A DNA stretch of 58,887 bases, the filler included, from Jimgerdemannia flammicorona (lineage: Eukaryota), in NCBI GenBank assembly GCA_003990765.1. It is 3 parts of 3 records of this genome, joined end to end, with 100 filler letters (N's around TTAATTAATTAA, not from the genome) between each part and the next. Parts side by side here need not be neighbours in the genome. Positions count along the whole stretch, not along the records: positions 19,665 to 39,227 come from RBNJ01001910.1; positions 39,328 to 58,887 come from RBNJ01001911.1; 1 more part is not named here. One strand, 5' to 3'. The position numbers and the translations under genes are program-made. A model generated the notes under the pieces. It made no database searches and was not told the DNA's origin. It was given only the letters and a program-made list of their open reading frames with translations. Below are positions 36,662 through 50,561 of the stretch, piece after piece (the first letter of the stretch is position 1; every line of letters starts with the position of its first letter).

Positions 36662-38975
36662 TGCATCTTTTCTTCACTACCACTCATGAACTTTGACATA
36701 TACTTTTTGACCAGTTTATTGGAGAAAGATACTAAGGTTATGGCAACCAGCAAGCAAGCAGATATGTATACTAGGTCAGGTGAATCTGGGGCCTTCAACT
36801 GGTAATATATCAGATGAGGTTATAGATTAGAGATGGGGTCATTTGGTGGTCTGAGTGGGTAGGGTGGTTCAGGCAGTGGTAGCAATACTGGAGGAGAAGC
36901 AGGAGGGCAGAAGGGGAGGAGCTTTGTAGAAATGGTGAAGAATAGTAGATGGCCTGTTGGATCTTGTAGTGGATAGATAGAGGGAAAGAGAAAGTAGAGG
37001 AAAGTAGAAGTGGGAGATACTGGATCTCAGCCAGTAGGGAGAAGGGCTAGTGGAGCAGTAGCTGGGAGTAGGGGTGGGACTGCTGATGGTGGCATGACTG
37101 GGAATCTAGAAAAAAATCCAAATGTGACTATTGATGAGATGGCTGGACAGATGGGCCCAAAGAGGAAGAGGGACATGGCTGATGGTGTGATGGGGCTGGT
37201 GGTGGTACCATTACTTAAGAAGTCGATCTCAGAGTTTACAGTAACCTTGTGCTTCTGAGGTCTAGCAGTCATGACAAGAATGGTTTTGGGAATTATCTTG
37301 AAGCAGATGGCAGAAGCTGCTTCAGTGAAGGTTCTGAAGGGTTTGGAGGGAGTTGAGGTGGACTTTGAGGAGGCAGGACCACTGGAGGAGACAATGAAGA
37401 CTGGAGTGGCTATAGGAAAGGTAGAGGTCCCTATAGTGCAGTGCTTAAGATGGGACCCCAGAGTGGTTCAGTTACTGGTAAAGGGAGTGCCTACAGTGAT
37501 GATGGTGGAAACTAAGAGGAGGGTAGAGAAGGTGATGGTGGAGTATGGAGATGTAGTGGATATTGAGTTTCAGATATAGGAGGAGACTACATTCAGGACT
37601 AGTGATGTTGACATCAGAATTAGACTGGCTGGGAAGGAGGCCACAGGGAAGGCAAGTGACTGGCCTTTAGTACTGATGTGAGGGGCTTTTGTCTGTAAGA
37701 TATTGAGGGTGAATGAGACTGAGGAAGAGGAGGAGGACCTTCTGGAAGTATTGGAGGAACTGGGAGGGACAGTGGAACATCAAGCAAAGGTATGGAAGAT
37801 GTTTGTAGAGTCAACACATTTAGAGATTATGGATGAGAAATATCTCCATATGGACAAGGAGCAGTGAGAGAGGGCTCAGGAGCACAAGAGGCAAAGAGAG
37901 TTATTGGCAAGCCTGGAGGGAAGGGAGAAGAAGAATGCAGATAGTGTTGAGGAGGCTGGGGGTGCTGAAGCAAGTGTCTGGGCTAGGAAGGGGAGGGGGG
38001 ATGTTGAGGAGGGTCAGAAGGGAGCTGAGCAGTCGCTACCCAATGATCCATATGCAGATGGTACCTTTGAAGTCTGGGAACAGTACTTGGCTGGCACTTC
38101 CCCCCCTCTTATCAGGAGGGGTCCTGCTGTAAGAAGCCAGATAATGGAGGATGTGCTGATATGTGGTACCCAGTGGGTTCATTTTGGGGTTCCTGATGTA
38201 GAGAAAGGGGGTCAGTTGGTGGCAGTTAGTGAGGATGAGCTGGTAGATGCGATGGAGGAGGAGTGGGATAAGTCTGTAAGTGCAGGAGTAGAACAATGAT
38301 GCTGAGTGCAGGAAGGCCAGTATCTCCAGGAGAGAAGGAGGTAGGAAACCTTCTGTGGATGAGCAAGATGATGAATAACTTTATGGCAGAAGAGTTGGGT
38401 GAGGTAGACTTAAGGGTGATGAGTGAGGAGCACTGGACATGGATTCTGCATGGTGATAGAGTAGTGGAGGTGCTGAAGACTGAGGTGCTTGCAATTTTCC
38501 TAGAGAAGAAGGGGTATGAGGTTGATAAGGAGAGGGAGACTAAGCTGGAAATTGTGGCCAGTGAGAGGGCCACATACTGTTGGGCAGAGCATCATGGGTT
38601 GCAGCTCTGGCAGGAGGCCTGCCTGGAGTATCAGGAGGAGTTTGAGGAAAAGGAGGATAGGGAGAAGGCTGAACTTCTGGTGAGATTGAAGGCAAAGATG
38701 ACTGTAGAGGAGGAAGTAGATGATGAATACAACTTAGACTTAGCAAGAGAAGGGATGAATGTGGACTTATAGAGGTGGAGCAGAACTTCTAAATATTATT
38801 CCTAATGAATAGTATGTATAACTAATATTTTCTCTCTAAATGTGAATGGTTTATAGGGCTCTGGGCAGTATAAGAATATTTTTACTTGGCTTAAGAGATT
38901 GGAGGCTGATCTCTTTCTGCTGCAGGATGTATATTGTGAGAATGAGGTGGATCAAGTGGAGTGGACTAGAGACTA
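36662..38975 (+). mobile_element. LINE family A, 5' portion (5'UTR, degenerate ORF1, start of endonuclease)
   Basis: ORF1 homology (WDPRVVQLLVKGV, NLLWMSKMMNN) from ATG ~36740. ORF2 start NIFSLNVNGL at ~38805-38855. Confidence 0.88.
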
Positions 38976-39227
38976 AGTATCACTTTGTTCTGGATTATTT
39001 CAGAGTTGGTTTCTGCTATTCTGAAAGCATTGGTGTGCTTTATTTTGTCTTAAATATGGGTTTATCCATGTGAATTTCCTTCTATCTAAGATATATATGT
39101 ATGAGACATTTCATGTAAAACATGGTAATAAAAGAACATCTTGACTCCTATAGAGTCCCTTAGTCATTTGGAAAGCTTGGCAGTTCACCTCTTCTCATGA
39201 TCCACAGAATCTTTTTTTTTTTTTTTT

Positions 39228-39327
39228 NNNNNNNNNNNNNNNNNNNNNNNNNNNNNNNNNNNNNNNNNNNNTTAATTAATTAANNNNNNNNNNNNNNNNN
39301 NNNNNNNNNNNNNNNNNNNNNNNNNNN
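39228..39327. other. Artificial contig linker / assembly gap
   Basis: N run containing TTAATTAATTAA. Confidence 0.97.
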
Positions 39328-39625
39328 ACCCCTCAGCGTGTCCGCAAAGCTCCTCCCCTGCTTCTCTCCAGCCCCCCCTCCAGTGCCACTTCCACTGCCG
39401 GAGCCACCCTGCCCACTCGAGCCACCAAAGGACCCCATTCCCAATCCATACCCTCTCCCGACAGTCTGCCAGTCAAAGGCCCCAGGTCCACCCGACCTAG
39501 TACGCGCATCGGCTTGCTTGCTGGTTGACATTGCCTTAGTATCTTTTCTCCAATAAACGCTTCGAAAGTGTGTTGAAAAGTGCGTGTAACGTGAATTGTA
39601 GTGGAGAGAGATGGATGTGATCTAT
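39328..39625 (-). mobile_element. 5' end of a young LINE family A copy (CpGs intact), cut by the contig edge
   Basis: ORF1 N-terminus MSTSKQADARTRSGGPGAFDWQ...RSFAD, homologous to 50561 onward. Confidence 0.85.
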
Positions 39626-42600
39626 CATAGTATTGCATAGTATATGTTGAAGAGATGTCTTTACTATGGTTATTACTACTTTGCACTAGTGGGGCTTATA
39701 ACCTTTGTTGTATGTATATAATAGTAATACTTCTTTGGGATACAGGGGGAAAGAGCAGTTGTTTATTGGATAACTTTGTAATGCGAATTTATATGTACTG
39801 ATCACACTGATTGGTGACATCACCCATAGATAACATTGACATACATATCAAGTTGTCATATCTCAACAAGAACTTTCTTAGAACTATATATTATATTAAA
39901 GAGATCAAGTAAGCTCTCAAAGATCAACTTAATACTATCTGCCAAAGACTCAGCAAAGATTCCAACTCATTCTATATCTGAATCTATCATTAGATTGTCT
40001 TGACTAGCTATAATAATACCCTTAAGGAACAAATAGCTAATTTAACCTTCCTTAAAGGAGTCTACCCTGAAATTGCCCTAGCAATCCAGTCTACCCCAGC
40101 TGCTCTGACTCTTGATCAGAAAGTGGTCTTTGTACAGAGATATTAGACTGTCAGATACCCCACCAAATACTCAATAGAAAGAATAACTGGTATCAAGATG
40201 GAGCCATCAAAATCAATCAGTATCATACCCACTACAACTATTAACAGATAACTATCTCCACCTACTCCCAAGATAGTCAAAGCTGACCCAGTAGAGAAAC
40301 TTACCAAGTAGTTTACTGAGATGACTGTATATCTTAGTAACATTGTTAGAGAAGTATGAAGTACCAATAGGAGACCAGTATAGAGGTTTGCAGTTACTAT
40401 AGAAGAATATAATATCATATGCTTCAGATATAGAAAAGAAGGCCACTATGTAAAGAATTATATAACCAAAACAAAATATAGAGTCCAACTAAAGAATGCT
40501 ACCAGAACTAGAGAACAAACCAATACAGTAGTCATCAAAGAGTTTGGTAATACTGATGATGAAGAATACTATAAGAAGTTTGAATTCTACCCTATTACTG
40601 AAGGTACCATAACCTAGTCTAAGCTCTATGACAAGAAGGACAATAGTAAGTCAGTTGGAAGACCAAAGAAGACCCCAGCCATCATTATTCAAAGTAAGAC
40701 CCAACTTGAGAAGATTGATCAAGACATAGAGTTAGATGAAGCTATCTACCAATATGATATCTACAAGAACCTCAAAGAACAAAAGGTCAATACTACTTTT
40801 GAACAACTAGCTGAAGTCTCTGCCTTTAGACAGCAGTTGAGAGTAGAACTCACAACTACTATCAAAAACCAAGAGTACAAGATTGTAGAAGCTCACAATA
40901 TACAAGAAGAATCCAAGAACTCAGGTGAAGAATCTGAAGACCAGTATAAGACCTCAGCCTATACCTTATATCAGATTGAAGATTATATCTTTGATGCCAT
41001 CATTGATACTAATGCTGAAGAATATCTTATAAGCAAAAAGACAATTAACTGCCTAGGCTGAGATATTGAAGAATCTACCAAAATGATCTATATTACAGCA
41101 GATGGTATATGAGCTACCCCTCTAGGCAAGATCCAAGAAGTCTTCATTAAGATTGGAGAAGCTACTATCTCAGTAGATATGATTGTTTTTTTTTTTTTTT
41201 TTTTTTTTTATAGTCACTTGGACTCTGCCATTTATTACCAGTCTATTAATAGGGTTACAATATCTCCTCCCACTATCCAATCCCCATAGGGGAGCCTCTC
41301 CCCACCCTTTCCTAAGCAAAGACTACCTTCTCACCCACTACTCCAACCCTTTCCCCACTCTGCCTACAGATTTTCTCCACCAATTGATGCCTCTGACTAC
41401 CCTGCAACCCCCAACCAAGCCACCAGCCTGTCAAAGTGTCTTCCATAAGGCTATGCCACCACAGCAGCTGGACCCCCAAGCCTAGCCTTCTCCTCTTCTC
41501 AAAAATGAAAAGCCAATGGCTGGCCAGCCCCATCTATATGGCTAGGGCCTAGCCTAACGTGAGCCATTTCTTCCCCCCCCCCCCCCCACCAGTCTATCTC
41601 TCAGATCTTCCCACCTCCCCCATATGCCACCTCCTTGGCCTCCTACTCCCAAATGCTCCCCAATAGTCTGCCAAAAGTCACTAAGAACCTCACATTCTCC
41701 TAGCCAATGTTCAGGCATCTGTATATATCCTCTTTCCATTCCCACATTATAGTACTCCTCACATTTGAAGCAACCTCCCTCAACAAGATAACCTGAGCAG
41801 TAGTTGAGCATCACATTCCTCCTCAGTATGTACCATCAGATCACCCAGTACTTCAGCGGCATCCATCTTCTCACCTTTGCACTCCAGGTCCAAACACTAT
41901 GCTAGGCCCACTCTTTGCCAATTCCAACATCTTGCCAACCACTAGGCCACAGATCCTGGCCTGGTCCTCTCTGGCATTCTATCCCATCACTAATGTTGAA
42001 CTCAAGTAAGGGAATGCCACCTAACAGCACCCAGTCCCATCTCCACATTGCCAGGTCCCAATCTACCTCCCCTTTATTTCCTTGCTAACAAATTTCAATA
42101 TGGTGTGCCCCCTCTACCACCCTCCACCAGAATCCTTTATATCACAATTGTGCAGTATTCCTTAGACCAACCAAAGGTAGGAGATCTCCAATTGAGCCTC
42201 ATAGTGAGGCCCTCATCTCCCAGACCTTCTGCAGTAGGGGAACCCAATCACCCCCTCTCAGCTTTATGGCTCTCTTCAGCCACCAAGCTCTCAAACAGTA
42301 TAGCCTCTTCAGAAAGTCAACCAGCCCAAGTCCACCACTTGCCACTGGTAAGAACAAGACCTCCCAGCTGATCTGACTCCTTCTTTCAGCCCAGATCCAT
42401 CTCTTGGCCAGCTTCAACAATCTCTTCACTGCCCAGGCTGGAAAGTCCAGATGATAAGCCAGATACCACAGCTTCAGCAACCAGTATATGTTCAAAATCG
42501 AGACACGTCCTGCCAGGGATAAATGACAGCCCCCCCAATACCGCAGGGTCTCCCCCCAGATCCCAACCCACTGTTCTCACCAAAGCCTGGGTAGAACTGA

Positions 42601-44846
42601 CCCATACACTGATAGAAAGATGCCCAAGTACCTCACTGCCTTGCCTGCAGGGACTATTGTTCCAATAATCTCCCCTCTCACCAGACCATTGCCTAACACC
42701 ATCATCTCACACTTATGCCAGTTGAGCTTCACCCCAGAATTCCCCTCATACCACTACACTGTCTTCTTGAGCTCCTCAATATCAGCAATTGAACCCAGTC
42801 CCACCACCATATCATCTGCAAATACCCCTACTTTCCAGCCAATGCCAAAGATGGAGAGCCCCACTATCTTCTGCCTGATTCTATCCATTAAGAGTTTCAG
42901 TGATAGGGTATATAGAATGGGGGACAATGGATCCCCCTGGGGCACCCCCCTGCCTAGAGGGAATACTACCCCTCTATGGCCATTACACATGAGCACAGTC
43001 CTACTCTCTTCCAGTAGACTGATCATTGCTGACCAGAACTGGTATAGAACCCCAGTCCTATCCAGTACTTTCACCAGCCAGACTCGCTACACCTGGTCAT
43101 AAGCCTTCTCTTGATCCAAAAAGACCAGGCACCTATTCAATCCACATGCTCATGTCTCTTCAATAACTCCATGTACCCAGGCTGTGCCATCTCTAATGAG
43201 CCAGCCTCCCACAAAGTCCCTCTGCTTAACACTCAAGACTTGCTGGGCCACCTTTTGAAGTCTTGCAACTACTACCTTAGTAACCAACTTTCAGTCCATA
43301 TCCAGCAGCATAATTGGTCTCCAATTCTTCCAATCCTCATGCCTTCCTTTGTTCTTGTAAAGCAATATCACCAATCCCAGATCCTGCTCTCCAATCCATT
43401 TTCCTATCTGTAGAATGAAATTGCACAGTGCTGTCATCTCTCCCAGTACTTCTAGAATTCCAACCATCTTTTTCCAGAAGTCCCAGGGCAAACCATCCTC
43501 TCCAGACACTGTATCCAGCAATGTCACAGCAAGAACCTGGTGGATCTCCTCTTCTTGTATGGGTAGCATCAAGTCTCCCACCCCATCTATGCATGGGGGA
43601 TGCCAATCCTCTAATGCACAGCCAATGGCCTCAGTATTTACTCCACCCTCCTTCTTACTCTACAAACTACTCCAATGCTCCTTTAAAGATCCAAGGATGT
43701 CCTGAATACCATGCACCAGTATATCATTAGAGTCAAGCACTCCCTCCCACCTCTGCTGCACTCTTCTCACCTGAAGGGCTCTCATGAGGAATTTTGAGGG
43801 TCTCTCTTCTTCTTCCAAACCCTGCCAACAGAGCCTCACTGTCAAGCTTTGCACCTTCATCTCTTCCTTCTCTCACAATATCTGTTGTAGTTTACCAACC
43901 TCCTTCTTCACCCTATAGATCTCCAATTCCTCTTCCCCTCCAATGTTACTAGCCTCACCCAATCCTCCAAAAGTCTAGCCAGTCTACTAGAAGCCCATCA
44001 CACTCATTGTCTCTGCTGTTTCCCAGCCTCCTTGCCAGTCTCACTCCAGTAGGTCCTGGCCATCTCTTTCATCCATAACCACTAAACACTAACTGGGGCA
44101 CCTTCTCGTCTCTAGCACTCTACCCTCAGTTGAATGTCTACAGCTCACTCATCCCACCAGATCTTATTATCTAATAAGAAGGAATTGAGGTGCCAATGTC
44201 TAGGCCCATCCCCACTCTCCCCAAATTGCCCCTGTCCTAAAAGCCCCCAATGATCTGACCAAAGACACCATTCAACCTCCAGTGACTTCCAAACATTCAA
44301 GCCCCAGCAGCTGGCCATCAGGATCCAATCAATCCTTGTCCCCAAGTCCCCTGCCCAATGTGTGTAAACTCTCCTATCCCCCCAGCACTCCCTGCCTGCA
44401 TCTACCAGTACACTCAGTCTTTCCACTTCCTCCCATGCCATCAGTCTGCCACTCTGACTCTCAGCTCCCCTTCCTCTATCTGTTCTGTCCAACAGTATAT
44501 CTCAGACCATATTGTGGTCTCCACCCAGTATATCTACCCCAGCCTCTGTGAGGACCCCACTCTCCTGAAGGCCCTTCACCCAATCCACATACTCACCCCA
44601 TACTGTGGGGCAGTAGCAAGAGCTCACTGTGATTGGCTCCCATCCTGAATATATTCACTCACTCTAGACTAAATGATCCCCCCAGCTCTGAATATCCCTT
44701 ATCTCTCCTCTGTCTTTCCACACCAGAATCCCAACCTTGCCTTTCCAAACTGTCTCACCTCTCTTTTTTTTTTTTTTTTTTTTTATAGTCACTTGGACTC
44801 TGCCTTTATTACCAGTCTATGAATAATTATACATCAATCCGACCCA

Positions 44847-47800
44847 CTATCCAATCCCCACCGGGGGGCCCCTCCCTACTTCCTTACGAATGAAAATCAC
44901 CCTTTCACCAACGACCCCCACTCTCCCCCCACTTTGCCCACAGATTTTCTCCACCAAGCGGCGCCTCCGACCACCCCGCATCCCCCAACCCAGCCACCAG
45001 CCTGTTAAGGTGTCTTCCATAAGCCTATGCCATCACAGCAGCCGGTCCCCCAAGCTCTGCCTCCTCCCATCCTCAAAGACAAATAGCCAATGACTGGCCA
45101 ACTCCACCCAAATAGCCAAAGCCCAACCTAAAGTGAGCCACTTCTTCCCTATCCCCCCTACCAATCTAACCCTCAGGTCCTCCCATCGCCCCTATACTCC
45201 ATCACTCCCACCCTGTACCCCTAAATGATCCCCAATTGTCCGCCAAAAGTCCCCCAACACCTCGCACTCTCCTAGCCAATGTTCTGGCATCTGTACATAA
45301 CCTCCCTCCTGCCCTACATTATGGCACTCCTCACAGTTGAAGCAACCCCCTACAACCAGGTGCCCTGAGCAAAAATTGAGCATAACATTTCTCTGCAGCA
45401 TGTGCCACCAGACCACCCAGTACTTTGGTGGTAGCCATGCTCTCACTGCCGCGCTCCAGGTCCAAACACTATGCCAGTTCCACCCTTCGCCAATTCCAAC
45501 TCCTTGCCAACCACTAGGCCACAGATCCTGGCCTGGTCCCCTTTGGCATTCCATTCTATCACCAATGTCGAACTCAGCTAAATGAGCACCACCCAGCAGT
45601 ATACAGTCCCATTTCCACATCACCAGGCCCCAATTCTCTTCACCTTCATTCCCTTGCCAACGAATACCAATGCGGTGCGCTCCTTCCACAATTCCCCACC
45701 AAAATCCTTTATATTGTAGTTGGGCAGTGTTCTGAAGCCCAACCAAGGAGAGGAGATCACCGGTTGAGCCCCTTGGTGATGTCCACCTCTCCCATATCTT
45801 TTGTAACAGAGGAACCCATCCACCTCCTCTCAACTCCACTGCCCTCTTCAGCCACCATGCTCTCAGGCAGTGTAACCATTTTGGGAAGTCAACCAGCCCA
45901 AGACCACCTCTCACCACTGGCAGGGACAAGGTTTTCCAACTAATCTGACTCCGCCTGCCAGCCCAAATCCATCCTTTTGCTGCCTTCATCAATCTCTTCA
46001 CTACCCAGGCTGGGAAGTCCAGATGATACGCCAGATACCACAACTTCAGCAGCCAGTAGACATTCAAAATCAAGACCCGCCCTGCTAGAGAAAAATGTCT
46101 ACCCCCCTAACTCCACAGAGCCTCCTCCCAGATTCCAATCCTCTGCTCCTACCAAAGCTTGGGCAGAACTGATCCATAGACTGACAAGTAGATACCTAAG
46201 TACTGCACTGCCTCACCGGTGGGGACAATTGTTCCTATAACCTCCTCTCCCACCAGGCCATTATCAAGCACCATCGTCTCACACTTATGCCAATTCAGCT
46301 TAGCTCCAGAATGCTCCTCATACCACTCCACAGTCTTCTTGAGCTCCTCAACATCAGCAATCGAATCCAAGCCCACCACCATGTCATCAGCAAAGGCCCC
46401 AACCTTCCATCCTATGCCAAAGACAGAGAGCCCCACTATCCTCCACCTAATCTGGTCCATAAGTGGTTCCAGGGAAAGAGCATACAAAATGGGGGACAGT
46501 GGATCCCCCTGGGGCACGCCCCTTCCCAAGGGGAATGCTACCCCTCTATGTCCATTACACATGAGTGCAGCCCTACTCCCTTCCAGTAGGCTGACCATTG
46601 TTGACCGGAATTGATGCGGTACTCCTATCCTATCCAGAACTTTCACCAGCCAGACTCTCCGCACCCGGTCGTAAGCCTTCTCCTGGTCCAAGAAAACTAG
46701 ATGCCCATCCAGCCCACATGCTCTCGCCCCTTTGATGATGCCATGCACCCAGGTGGTGCCATCCCTGATGAGCTGACCACCCACAAATCCCCTCTGCTCC
46801 ACACCTACGACTTGCTGGGCCACCTTCTGTAGTCTTGCCACCACCACCTTGGTCACCAACTTTCTGTCCATATCTAGCAGCATTATTGGCCGCCAGTTCT
46901 TCCAATCCGTCCGCCCTCCTTTGTTTTTGTAGAGCAGCATCACCAGCCCAAGGTCCTGCTCCCCCACCCATCTACCTGTCTGTAGAATAAGGTCACACAA
47001 AGCTGTCATCTCTCCCATCACCCCTGGGACTTCAACCATTCGCTTCCAAAAGTCCCAGGGCAGCCCATTCTCCCCAGGTACCATACTGGACATTGTCGTG
47101 GCAAGAACCTGGTGGATCTCACCCTCCTGTACAGGCATCACCAGGTCCCCTAGCCCTTCAACTCGTGGTGGGTGCCAATCCTCCAATATATGTTCAATTG
47201 TAGCGGCATCTGCCCCACCTTCCTCCTCACTCCACAATCTACTCCATCTCTCCTTCAGCGATCCAAGAATGTCCTGTACACCATTCACCAGAACATCATC
47301 AGAGTCCAAGACCCCTTCCCACCATTGCTGGACCTGCCTCGCCCTAAGGGCCCTTGAAAGAAGCTTGGAAGGCCTCTCACCTTCCTCCAGATCCTGCCAA
47401 CGAAGCCGGGCTGCCAAGCTTTGTACCCTTGCCTCTTCTTCCTCTCGCAGCACCTGTTGAAGTTCCCCAACCTCCATTTTCGCCCTCAGTAATCTCCAAT
47501 CTTCCTCTCCCTCCACCATCATCAGCCGTGCCCACTCCTCCAGGAGCCTCGTCAATCGAGCAGAGGCCCAGCGCACCTTTTGTTTTCACTGCTTCCCTGC
47601 CTCCTTGCCAGCCTCCTTCCAGTAAATCCTGGCCATTTCCTTCATCCTCATCCACCGAGTCCCAACTGCAGCCCCTTCCTGCCTCCAGGTCGCTACCCTC
47701 AGCTGAATGTCTTTAGCCCACTCATCCCACCGGGTCTTATCATCTAACAAAGAGGAAGTGAGGCACCAATGTCCAGGCCCATCCCCACTTTCCCCAAAGC

Positions 47801-48503
47801 ACCCCTGTCCCAAAAGCCCCCAGTGATCTGACCATGGACACTATTCTACCTCCAACGATTTCCAAACATCTAGTCCCCAGCAGCAAGCCATCAAAATCCA
47901 ATCGATCCTAGTCCCCAGACCCCCAGCCCAATGTGTATAAACCCTCCTACTCCCCCAGCACTCCCTTCCAGCATCCAATAGCGCACTCAGCCCCTCGACT
48001 TCCTCCCATGCCACCAACCCTCCACTCCTGCCCTCAGCACCTCGTCCTCCATCTGATCTATCCATCAGTATATCTCTAACCATATTGAAATCTCCCCCTA
48101 GCACATCCACCCCGGCCTCCGCAAGTAACCCACTCTCCTGTAGTCCCTTCACCCAATCGACCCTCTCACCCCGTACCGCAGGGCAGTAGTAAGAACCAAT
48201 CATAACTGGTTCCCAGCCTACCTGAATCCACTCTCCCCAGATCAGTCTCTCCCCTCAGCACTGCACATTCTGTATCTCCCCTCTGCCTCTCTTAACCAAA
48301 ATCCCAACCTTGCCCCTCCAAATCGCTGCACCTCCCCATTCCTTCATCCATTCTAACCTATCAGAGTCATCTTCACACCGGACATCCTGCAAAAGGAAGA
48401 GATCGGCCTCCAATCCCTTCATCCAAGTAAAAATGTTCCTATGTCGAGAAGCGCCCCGTAACCCATTCACGTTCAAAGAGAAAATGTTTGTTGTACTGTT
48501 CAT
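44847..48503 (-). pseudogene. LINE ORF2: APE endonuclease + reverse transcriptase + C-terminal Cys/His region (~1218 codons, about six stops, no frameshift)
   Basis: SLNVNGL, LLQD, GGDFN, RIDWIL, SDH; WRPIMLL, QRGF, LDQEKAYDRV, GVPQGDPLSP, FADD, YLG; CFNC...EHWLGEC. All track ORF pieces share one frame. Confidence 0.93.
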
Positions 48504-48536
48504 ATTGATGATATATGTGATGTCATCAATCTGCCT

Positions 48537-50561
48537 CTACTGCTCTATGCTCATCTCCTCCTGTACCCTGTCCAAATTATGTTCCGCAGCCACCTCCTTC
48601 TCTTCAGCCCTCTGAGCCTCCAATCCAGCCAGTAGTTCATCCATCTCGCCATCGGCCTTCTCCTCAAACTCCTCTCGGTATTCGATGCATGCTTCCTGCC
48701 AGAGCTGTAGTCTATGTCACTTGTTCCAGCAGTATTCAGCCCTTTCACCAGCAACAACTGCCATCTCCTCCTCCCTCTCCTTATCCACCTCATATCCTTC
48801 CTCCTCCAGGTACACCGCAAGGATTTCCGCCTTCAATGCCTTCATCACACCATCCCCCTGCAGTATCCCTGCCCAGTGCTCATCACTCATCACTCGCAAG
48901 TCCACTTCCCCCAACTCTTCCGCCGCCAGGTTATTCATCATCCGGCACATCCAAAGCAAGTTCCCCACCTCTTTCCCCCCCAGAGTCGCTGGCCTCCCTC
49001 CATCCAACATCGTGGTGTCAGCTCCAGCACTTGCAGACTCATCCCATACTTCCGGGACATCCACCAGTTCCTCCTCGCCATCTGCCTCCACTTGTCCCCC
49101 ATATGCCACCTCTGGAACTCCGAATTGCACCTGCTGGGCCCCTCGCATTGGCACATCTTCCACCACCCTATTCCGGGAAGCCGGGCCATACCTGATGAGA
49201 GGGGTAGGGGTAGGGGAACCCACCCAGTCCTCCTCCCACACCTCCAGTGTACCATCCGCATAAAGGTCCTTCTCCACCTTCTTCTTGTCCTCCCTTGCCT
49301 CCTTTTTGTCCTTCCCCTCCCCCTTGCTGGCCCAGACACTCACTCCAGCTCCCCCTGAGCCCTTCACCTTGCTTGCCTCCCCCAGTGGTCTACTATCCAG
49401 CTTGGCCAACAACTCCTTCTGCCTCTTGCGCCCCTGAGCCCTTTCCCACTGCTCCTTGGTCACTTGAATCCACTTTCCATCCACCACCTCCAAGTGTGTT
49501 GCCTCTTCAAAAGTCTCCCAAGCCTTCACTTGCCTCTCCACAGCCCCCCCAAACTCTTCGAGTGCTTCCAGTAAATCCTCCTCCTCTTCCTCACTCTCCT
49601 TCACCCTTGTCACCTTATACAGAATCGCTCCCCAGACCATCGCTGAAGGCCAATCCCTTGCCTTCCCAGTGGCTTCCTTCCCAGCCAGCCGAATCCTCAC
49701 ATTCATGTCACCAGTCCTGAGCAAGGTTCCCTCCCAGACCCTGAACCTGATATCGACCACCTCACCATATTCTGCTATGAAATTCTCAACCCTCTTCCTT
49801 GTCTCCATTGCTGTCACCATTGACACTCCCTTCACCAGCAATTGGACCACCCTGGGGTCCCACTTCAAGCACCGTGCCATAGGAACACATACCTCCCCAA
49901 CCACCAATCCAACCTTCAGTGCCTCCTCCAGTGGTGCCACCTCCTCAAAGCCCACCTCCACTCCTTCTAGTCCCTTCAAAAACTTCACAGATACTGCACC
50001 TGCCACCTGCTTAGCGATGAGCCCTAGTACCATTTTTGCCATCACCGCCAGGCCCTGGAAGCATAGTGTGACCGCGAATGCCGAAATCGATTTCTTAAGT
50101 AACGGAGCCACCACCAGACCCATTACACCATCTGCCAAGTCCCCTTGCCTTCTAAGCCTCAGCCACTCAGCCTCGCCATCAGCCATCACATCTGAATTTT
50201 TTTCCAGATTGACAGTCCCAATACCATCAGCAGTCACACCCCCCCCAGCCACTACTCCCTCAGCTCCACCGCCCCCCCTTCCAAGGGCCACACCCCCCAG
50301 CACCATCTCCTTCTCGGTCCCCTTGCCCTTCTTCAGCCAGCCCTCCAGCCCCGACGCCTGCTGCCTCCCCTTCACCATCTCCGTGAAGCTTGCCCTCCCA
50401 GATCCTGATCCTCCACCACCTCCTCTACCCCTTCCACATCCACCTGCCAGCAGGCCCCTCATACCACCCCCCAGGCCTGGCCCCCTCCCCACCTGCTGCC
50501 AGTCGAAAGCGCTAGGGCCGCCCTGCCCAGTATGCACCTCAGGTTGTCTGTCGGTTGCCAT
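48537..50561 (-). pseudogene. LINE ORF1 (~674 codons, one TGA): Gly/Arg-rich N-terminus, RRM-like core, acidic helical C-terminus
   Basis: ATG 50561, premature TGA 48719-48717, natural TAG 48539-48537. Contains VQLLVKGV...YGEVVDI...LRTGD.NVRIRL, as in Tx1/L1-type ORF1 cores. Confidence 0.85.
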
